A model generated the notes under the pieces. That model worked only from the letters and a program-made list of their open reading frames with translations. It was not told the origin of the DNA and did no database searches. From Candidatus Iainarchaeum sp. (GTDB lineage: Archaea; Iainarchaeota; Iainarchaeia; Iainarchaeales; CSSED10-239), in the NCBI GenBank assembly GCA_028700905.1, contig JAQVRT010000021.1, positions 1-12,433 of the forward strand: DNA of 12,433 nt, read 5' to 3'. Shown one piece after another: positions 5,801 through 10,425 of this stretch (position 1 is the first letter of the stretch; each line of letters begins with the position of its first letter). The translations under genes and the position numbers were made by a program.

Positions 5801-6097
5801 ATATAAATAAAATGCAATGTTCATAAAAGGTTTATGATATTCGAACAAATAAAAACCCCTTCCTTTATTCTGTTTATTAATTAGTCCATTTATGAACAAA
5901 CATAAATTTATTTTAAATATGTTGTCACTTAAAAGTTTTTTAGAGTAATATATTTATAAATCATATATATCTTTTAGAACACATATATTTATAAACCCTT
6001 TATACTATTATAAAGTATATCTGTTTAAGGAAACAGAATAAAAACGAGAGAGGAATAAACCCCACTCCCAAATAATAAAAAGGGGTTAAATACTAAA

Positions 6098-6301
6098 ATG
6101 AAAACACAAACAAACGAAAATAATTTAATAGAAGAATTGTTTAAATTCTTTGAATGGATTACGGAAAATAAACCAACAAAAGAAGAAAAAATTTTAATTG
6201 CAGACTATGTTATGTTAGGTTATGGTTTTAAAATGGTTTATGAATCAGAAAATATATTTAAAGAAATTCTGGAAGAATTGAAAATTGAGGTTTTAAAATG
6301 A
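6098..6301 (+). CDS. Small protein, paralog family member A (67 aa; MKTQTNE N-terminus, YGFKMVYE...EVLK C-terminus)
   Basis: ORF track. SD AAGGGGTTAAATACTAAAATG. Shares its first 23 nt with ORF 6605 and 17 nt with ORF 6741. The C-terminal 70 nt are homologous to the end of ORF 6741..6875. ATGA overlap with the next ORF. Confidence 0.7.
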   Translation: MKTQTNENNLIEELFKFFEWITENKPTKEEKILIADYVMLGYGFKMVYESENIFKEILEELKIEVLK

Positions 6302-6426
6302 AAATAAGAATTTATTTTTTAGATTGTTTTGATAAAGAACATAAAAGAATTATAAGAATAGATAAAAAAGAATTAAAAAACCTAAAAAATGAAAATGGTT
6401 TTTTAAGTTATGAGGTTTTAAAATGA
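6298..6426 (+). CDS. Hypothetical 42-aa protein
   Basis: Below the cutoff. Hand translation: MKIRIYFLDCFDKEHKRIIRIDKKELKNLKNENGFLSYEVLK. ATGA overlaps at both ends. Ends with the shared junction GAGGTTTTAAAATGA. Confidence 0.5.
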   Translation: MKIRIYFLDCFDKEHKRIIRIDKKELKNLKNENGFLSYEVLK

Positions 6427-6608
6427 CAAATACAAACGAACTTACAAAAAAAGAATTAAAAGAAGAAGAAAGACACGATAAAATGTTTTTATGTGAATGT
6501 GGAGAATATACGAATAAACCAAGATTTAGTTTAAATCCTTTTGGAGAATGTAAGGTTTGTTTTAAAAGTAGTTTATATCTTAAAAGAATGAAGGATTTTT
6601 TAAAATGA
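6423..6608 (+). CDS. Small Zn-ribbon-like protein (61 aa, CxC...CxxC)
   Basis: ORF track. Four Cys in CECGEYTNKPRFSLNPFGECKVC. ATGA overlaps at both ends. Confidence 0.65.
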   Translation: MTNTNELTKKELKEEERHDKMFLCECGEYTNKPRFSLNPFGECKVCFKSSLYLKRMKDFLK

Positions 6609-6739
6609 AAACACAAACAAACGAAAAGGAAACAATAAAAGATTTAAGAACAGAATGTTTTATTTTTTGCTGTAATAAAGGTTTATATAATTTAACTAAA
6701 AAAGAATTAAAAGAGTTATTAATAAAATTAAAAAGATAA
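6605..6739 (+). CDS. Small protein, paralog family member C (44 aa; MKTQTNE N-terminus, different C-terminus)
   Basis: Below the cutoff. Hand translation: MKTQTNEKETIKDLRTECFIFCCNKGLYNLTKKELKELLIKLKR. The first 23 nt are identical to ORF 6098. Confidence 0.5.
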   Translation: MKTQTNEKETIKDLRTECFIFCCNKGLYNLTKKELKELLIKLKR

Positions 6740-6740
6740 A

Positions 6741-6875
6741 ATGAAAACACAAACAAAAGAAGACCAAACAAATAAAGAAAGTTATGGTTTTAAAATGGTA
6801 TATAAGAAAGAGATAAATAAAGAGAATGAATTAAACGAGATTCTGAAAGAATTAAATATAGAGGTTTTAAAGTGA
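6741..6875 (+). CDS. Small protein, paralog family member D (44 aa; N- and C-terminal modules of A without the middle)
   Basis: Below the cutoff. Hand translation: MKTQTKEDQTNKESYGFKMVYKKEINKENELNEILKELNIEVLK. Begins 1 nt after the previous stop. Ends in GAGGTTTTAAAGTGA. Confidence 0.5.
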   Translation: MKTQTKEDQTNKESYGFKMVYKKEINKENELNEILKELNIEVLK

Positions 6876-7015
6876 TAAAAGTTTATAAGTGTGAAGTATT
6901 AAAAGAAATACCTTACCATAAAAAAGGAGAATTGATAAACCTTTTTGTTTATGATTACGAAAGATTTAAAGAAAATTTAAAAATAATTAATATAATTGAA
7001 AGGGGGTTTAAATAA
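6872..7015 (+). CDS. Hypothetical 47-aa protein with GTG start
   Basis: Hand translation: (M/V)IKVYKCEVLKEIPYHKKGELINLFVYDYERFKENLKIINIIERGFK. The GTGA overlap follows the same GAGGTTTTAAA spacing as the ATGA junctions upstream. There is no in-frame ATG. Confidence 0.4.
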   Translation: MIKVYKCEVLKEIPYHKKGELINLFVYDYERFKENLKIINIIERGFK

Positions 7016-7016
7016 A

Positions 7017-7520
7017 ATGGATAAATTAAAAGTAATTGAATATTTAAAACATTTAAATGAATTTGAATATATCAAAGTAGAAGGAACAAATAAAAAAAGA
7101 TTAATCTTTAAAAATAGAGATGAGATTTTTAATTTATTTGGTAGTGAATCAAAAGAGGTATTAAGTCCTTTTAATGATTATACTTATAAATGGTTAAATT
7201 CTTTTTTATATCAAGTTATAGATTTATTAGGTTATCAAGATTTTGATAATTTTGAAGAATTAAACGACGAAATAAACGACAATTTAATTTATGAATGGAT
7301 AGATTCAGAAACGGATATTTATACAAGTGATTTAACGCAGTGGTTAGCAGATAATAACACTAATAAATATTATTTAGAAGAAGCTATAAAAGAATATCCA
7401 CAAGCAGAGAATCATATTCAATTGGCCCAGTATAAAGCTATTGAAGAATTATACCAAAATGCTTTAAATATCTTAATTGAAGATTTAAAAAATCAATTTG
7501 AATCAGTAGAAGCAGAATAA
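7017..7520 (+). CDS. Strongly acidic hypothetical protein (167 aa from ATG 7017)
   Basis: The track ORF opens at TTG 6996. ATG 7017 is preferred because it is preceded by GAAAGGGGGTTTAAATAAAATG and follows the stop of the previous ORF (7015). By hand count there are 35 Asp/Glu and 15 Lys/Arg, and the last ~110 aa contain almost no basic residues. Confidence 0.7.
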   Translation: MDKLKVIEYLKHLNEFEYIKVEGTNKKRLIFKNRDEIFNLFGSESKEVLSPFNDYTYKWLNSFLYQVIDLLGYQDFDNFEELNDEINDNLIYEWIDSETDIYTSDLTQWLADNNTNKYYLEEAIKEYPQAENHIQLAQYKAIEELYQNALNILIEDLKNQFESVEAE

Positions 7521-7553
7521 ATTTTTATATTTTTTTAATTAAAAGAGGGTTTT

Positions 7554-7574
7554 GCGTTTGACCATATCAAACGC
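7554..7574 (+). terminator. Perfect 8-bp hairpin GCGTTTGA-ccata-TCAAACGC after ORF 7017..7520
   Basis: Seen directly. Followed by tttatatt, and a T7 run lies just upstream at 7531-7537. GC-containing stem in an AT-rich context. Confidence 0.45.
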
Positions 7575-7602
7575 TTTATATTAAATAGAAATAAAAACAA
7601 AA

Positions 7603-7749
7603 ATGAAAGAAGAAAAAGTAATAAAAGAAAAATTCATTAGAAAAGAAAGTAACAGAATGAGTTTAATTTTGTATAAAAAGAAATGGATTTATTTAACTAA
7701 TAAACAAAAAAATAAAGTTAATAATGAAATATGGAAATTGGGGGATTAA
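7603..7749 (+). CDS. Hypothetical basic 48-aa protein
   Basis: Below the cutoff. Hand translation: MKEEKVIKEKFIRKESNRMSLILYKKKWIYLTNKQKNKVNNEIWKLGD. Fills the gap between 7520 and 7763. No clear SD. Confidence 0.35.
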   Translation: MKEEKVIKEKFIRKESNRMSLILYKKKWIYLTNKQKNKVNNEIWKLGD

Positions 7750-7762
7750 GTATAATTAAAAA

Positions 7763-8377
7763 ATGTATAAAACAAAAATAGAACAAACACCTTTATTTAA
7801 AGGAACAATAGAAGAATATTTAAAAAAAAGTTTAGAAGGAACAGAAGAAAAAGATATTTGTAGGGGTTGGGATTTTTTAAAAGAGAATCTTACAGAAGAA
7901 TTAAAAGGTATTTTATTAAATGAATCTTATTTAAAAATTGTTTATAATAGTGAAAATTCTAAATATATTATAAATGCCTTTAAACTTAATCTTACAGAAG
8001 AATTAAAAAAACAATTAGGTAGTTTTATTTATGTTTGGAAACATATTAAACAGGAATTAGATAAAAAGCAAGAAGAAGATAAAATAAAAATAGAATTACT
8101 TAAAAGGGGTTTTATAGAACAAAATGTTTATTCCTTAAATGAAGAAGAAAATATTAAAATAAATAATACTTTAAAAGAATTAAATGGTTTAAAGGTTTTT
8201 TGTTTTATGGAAATTTCTAAAATTGGTTTAATGGGTAGTTTTGATAAAAAAGAAGAATTAGAAGGTACTTTAAAATATAGTGAATATCAAAAAAGTTTAA
8301 TGTTATTACCTAAAAGAAGCAGAACAAAAGGTTTTATTATTAGAAAAAAATTTTATTATAAAGTTGTAAGGGGGTAA
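7763..8377 (+). CDS. Hypothetical 204-aa protein
   Basis: ORF track. Lys/Glu-rich with a repeated LTEELK motif (twice). No recognisable catalytic motif. Confidence 0.7.
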   Translation: MYKTKIEQTPLFKGTIEEYLKKSLEGTEEKDICRGWDFLKENLTEELKGILLNESYLKIVYNSENSKYIINAFKLNLTEELKKQLGSFIYVWKHIKQELDKKQEEDKIKIELLKRGFIEQNVYSLNEEENIKINNTLKELNGLKVFCFMEISKIGLMGSFDKKEELEGTLKYSEYQKSLMLLPKRSRTKGFIIRKKFYYKVVRG

Positions 8378-8385
8378 ATAAGAAA

Positions 8386-8568
8386 ATGAATAGACAAGAA
8401 CAAAAAGAGTTTAATTTATTAAAAAAAGAGAATAACGATTTAAGACAAGAGCTAAAACTTTATTTATTTAATTTGGCTATACCTGAAAGAGATATAAACC
8501 ACATTTTTTTAAAAATTAATGGTTTAATAGAAAACGAAATTAAACAAGAAACATATACAAATCTTTAA
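8386..8568 (+). CDS. Hypothetical 60-aa coiled-coil-like protein
   Basis: ORF track. SD TAAGGGGGTAAATAAGAAAATG. Confidence 0.6.
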   Translation: MNRQEQKEFNLLKKENNDLRQELKLYLFNLAIPERDINHIFLKINGLIENEIKQETYTNL

Positions 8569-8640
8569 TTTAAACGGGTTTAAGGAGTCGGTTAAAAGAT
8601 AGGATTAAAATTTTTTTAGTCGTTATACTCCTTAAATCAT

Positions 8641-8673
8641 AGGATAGGGATTTAAATCCCTATCCTTTTTTTT
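8641..8673 (+). terminator. Perfect 26-nt palindrome AGGATAGGGATTTAAATCCCTATCCT followed by a T-run (terminator and/or operator)
   Basis: 8641-8666 is self-complementary over all 26 nt, and the T-run extends to 8673. It lies between ORF 8386..8568 and ORF 8677..9009. A second 10-bp pairing, TTTAAGGAGT (8579-8588) with ACTCCTTAAA (8627-8636), lies just upstream. Confidence 0.5.
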
Positions 8674-8676
8674 ATA

Positions 8677-9009
8677 ATGAAAGCAAAACAATATTATACG
8701 GAAAACGAAAAAAAAATAAAATCTTTAAAAATTGGAAATAAAACTTATTTTGTTTATTTAGTAAATGTTTTAAAAGTAGATAATAAAAAATTTTATGGGT
8801 TTATAGATTATAAAAGAAGAAGTATTTATTTATTAAAAGATAAAAATATTAATGAAACTTTAAACCATGAAATAACCCACGCTTTTATTTATGAAATTTA
8901 TTTAAAATCTAAGAATCAAAAAAATACTTTTAATAAATTAAAGAGTAATGAATTTTTTATAAACTCTTTATCTTTTTTAATTGAACAAAATTTTAAAAGA
9001 AAATTCTAG
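8677..9009 (+). CDS. Small HExxH zinc-metallopeptidase-like protein (110 aa)
   Basis: The HEITH motif sits in the context FYGFIDYKRRSIYLLKDKNINETLNHEITHAFIY. The layout G-x(n)-I-x-L ... HExxH resembles SprT-like / ImmA-IrrE-like minimal metallopeptidases. No third ligand could be assigned by eye. Confidence 0.6.
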   Translation: MKAKQYYTENEKKIKSLKIGNKTYFVYLVNVLKVDNKKFYGFIDYKRRSIYLLKDKNINETLNHEITHAFIYEIYLKSKNQKNTFNKLKSNEFFINSLSFLIEQNFKRKF

Positions 9010-9066
9010 TTATTAATAAAATCTTTAATTCTTTTTTTTATGAACACCTACATTTCTTATGGAAAG

Positions 9067-9074
9067 TTTATAAA
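9067..9074 (+). promoter_or_regulatory. TATA box TTTATAAA for the tRNA-like gene
   Basis: Centred ~26 nt upstream of tRNA position 1 (9096). The 12-mer AATGCCTTGATT (9079-9090) lies between TATA and the start. Confidence 0.5.
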
Positions 9075-9095
9075 TTCTAATGCCTTGATTTTAAA

Positions 9096-9169
9096 ATCTG
9101 GGTGGTGTAATGGTCAGCATTTTGCCCTCATGAGGCAAAGGTTAGTAGGTTCAAATCCTCTCCCAGATA
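9096..9169 (+). tRNA. tRNA-like gene, anticodon CAU (Met or Ile2 type), non-canonical details, no encoded CCA
   Basis: Hand fold. Acceptor ATCTGGG (9096-9102) pairs with CCCAGAT (9162-9168), giving A1:U72. U8 is present. D-stem GTGT/GCAT has two G.U pairs, and the D-loop is AATGGTCA (G18 G19). Anticodon stem TTGCC/GGCAA, loop CTCATGA (CAU at 9129-9131, G at position 37). The variable region is 6 nt. T-arm GTAGG-TTCAAAT-CCTCT has one U-C mismatch. Discriminator A9169. Confidence 0.6.
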
Positions 9170-9200
9170 TTCAAATGCCTAGATTAAGTTAAATGCCTTT

Positions 9201-9217
9201 ACCATCAAATATAAAAA
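9201..9217 (+). promoter_or_regulatory. Promoter P3: ACCATCAA-a-TATAAAAA for the basic 73-aa ORF
   Basis: The 17-nt module ends 21 nt before ATG 9239, the same geometry as P1 and P2 (leaderless). Confidence 0.55.
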
Positions 9218-9238
9218 ACCTTAATGTCTTGATTTCTT

Positions 9239-9460
9239 ATGAGTTTATTTGAAAGAGAGTTGGAAAGGGAAAGAAGTATTATTGGATTCAAAAATAAAAG
9301 GAGAAGTGTATATACTAGGAAAAGACAAACAGGAACTTCTAATAAAAAAAGAGATGAATCAAGAGAATCAAGACCTCCCGGAAAAAGAATTAGTAAATTT
9401 GGTAATGAATATTATGAATATAGAAAGAATCGTTCTGATATAACTGGTTCTAAAATTTAA
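9239..9460 (+). CDS. Hypothetical highly basic Arg/Lys/Ser-rich 73-aa protein (leaderless)
   Basis: The ATG is placed exactly as at P1 and P2 relative to promoter module P3. MSLFERELERERSIIGFKNKRRSVYTRKRQTGTSNKKRDESRESRPPGKRISKFGNEYYEYRKNRSDITGSKI. A second frame (9249..9443, TTG start) is also open, so the coding frame is not certain. Confidence 0.4.
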   Translation: MSLFERELERERSIIGFKNKRRSVYTRKRQTGTSNKKRDESRESRPPGKRISKFGNEYYEYRKNRSDITGSKI

Positions 9461-9469
9461 ATGCCTAGA

Positions 9470-10342
9470 TTATTGATAAATTAACTCTAAATACCCTTTT
9501 TTTGGTTTTTGTTTAAAGTAAAAAATTACATACCATCTATAATGGTTTATCTTTTCTTTCTTTATCTCCTTGTTTTTCATATTTATCTTTTGAACTCTAT
9601 GTTCTCTTATTTTTATCTTTTCTAGATACTTTGAAAAATCTTCACTTGTTTTATAATCTAGTTCTACATTTGAAAAACTAGGAAGTATTATTACATTGTC
9701 TAAAACATCTTTTGAATAGTATTTTTTATATCTCTTTAATTTTGTTTTAAAGAAAGTTCCATTTGCTTGTGCTTTTGGAAACCACTTACAATATCTTTCA
9801 TTTTTTAGTAATATTTTTGTTATTATGTTATTAATTAAGAAAATAAGTAGTGGTGCTAGGATAAAAAAATAAATAAAAAGAGTTAGATAAAGGAGGTGAT
9901 TTGATTTTGGAATACCATATAGATAAGTGTCTTTAGAAAGAATAGAAACATCTGTTTTAAAATTTGCGGAGTAGTTTCCTTCAATACAATTTAGATTTAC
10001 TCCTTCTACCCATTTACGATAAGTATTTACATTTGAATCTACTTTTTTTCCATCTTCAAAACCATCTACTTGAATTGAAATATTAGCATAACCTTCATTT
10101 AAAGAAACATTACAATCTGTTGGGTAGTCTACAAAATAAGTTTGATTTGACAGAAAATAAGAATAAGGAACAAACCAAAGAAGTATAATTAAAAAAATTA
10201 AAGGAAAACCCCATCTATGTTGATTAAAAGCATCTTTTTTTGGATTCTTTGTTGGATAACTAAATTTAATTTTAGGTTTTCCCTTTGAGTAATCTATGTC
10301 TACCCTTGCATTTGATGGAGTTTTCCCTTCTTTATAAACCAT
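9470..10342 (-). CDS. Two-TM membrane protein with Cys / N-x-S/T-rich outer loop and basic cytoplasmic C-terminal domain (290 aa)
   Basis: ORF track. TM1 is WGFPLIFLIILLWFVPYSYF and TM2 is LLYLTLFIYFFILAPLLIFLINNII. The ~100-aa loop between them carries the sequons NQT, NVS, NIS and NYS plus 2 Cys. Last gene of the minus operon. Confidence 0.75.
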   Translation of the reverse strand: MVYKEGKTPSNARVDIDYSKGKPKIKFSYPTKNPKKDAFNQHRWGFPLIFLIILLWFVPYSYFLSNQTYFVDYPTDCNVSLNEGYANISIQVDGFEDGKKVDSNVNTYRKWVEGVNLNCIEGNYSANFKTDVSILSKDTYLYGIPKSNHLLYLTLFIYFFILAPLLIFLINNIITKILLKNERYCKWFPKAQANGTFFKTKLKRYKKYYSKDVLDNVIILPSFSNVELDYKTSEDFSKYLEKIKIREHRVQKINMKNKEIKKEKINHYRWYVIFYFKQKPKKGYLELIYQ

Positions 10343-10411
10343 TTATTCTACTTCGGCTATTGGGTCGCCAAATATCTTTCCTTTCTTTTCTTTATTTTCT
10401 TCTTCTCCCAT
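10343..10411 (-). CDS. Possible 22-aa micro-ORF (coupling ORF)
   Basis: MGEEENKEKKGKIFGDPIAEVE. Perfect SD, AGGAGGTATAAAAATG. Its TAA abuts the ATG of ORF 9470..10342 (TAAATG). Could serve only to deliver ribosomes. Confidence 0.3.
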   Translation of the reverse strand: MGEEENKEKKGKIFGDPIAEVE

Positions 10412-10425
10412 TTTTATACCTCCTA

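Larger units (their letters stand above)
9079..9471 (+). repeat. Four direct copies of the 12-nt motif AATGCCTWGATT bracketing the tRNA-like gene and the 73-aa ORF
   Basis: Copies: 9079-9090 aatgccttgatt, 9174-9185 aatgcctagatt, 9223-9234 aatgtcttgatt, 9460-9471 aatgcctagatt. Copies 2 and 4 extend to a 14-nt identity, AAATGCCTAGATTA (9173-9186 / 9459-9472). Confidence 0.8.

Noticed and set aside
6350-6771. Minus-strand ORFs 6350..6616 and 6580..6771
   Set aside because: Antisense to the chain of plus-strand mini-genes, which show ATGA coupling and SD motifs. The products are Phe/Leu/Ser/Lys low-complexity sequences.
6996-7016. TTG-initiated extension of ORF 7017..7520 (MKGGLNK)
   Set aside because: It overlaps the end of ORF 6872..7015, and the GGGGG it would translate is better explained as the SD for ATG 7017.
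8569-8676. Possible second tRNA or tRNA-like structure (GGGATTTAAATCCC resembling a T-arm)
   Set aside because: No acceptor, D or anticodon arms can be drawn. The palindrome is a simple hairpin with a T-run.
9249-9443. Alternative plus-strand frame (64 aa, TTG start) overlapping ORF 9239..9460
   Set aside because: Not reported as a feature because it needs a TTG start 10 nt inside the other frame and lacks an SD, whereas ATG 9239 has the exact leaderless geometry of promoters P1 and P2. It is kept as an open question in the findings.
9173-9472. The 14-nt direct repeat AAATGCCTAGATTA as attL/attR or target-site duplication marking the provirus boundary at a host tRNA
   Set aside because: The copies are only 286 nt apart. 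Virus or mobile-element-like genes lie on both sides. The tRNA-like gene is AU-rich with its own element-style flanks. No terminal inverted repeats bound the intervening segment. A cassette-boundary role is still listed as a hypothesis.
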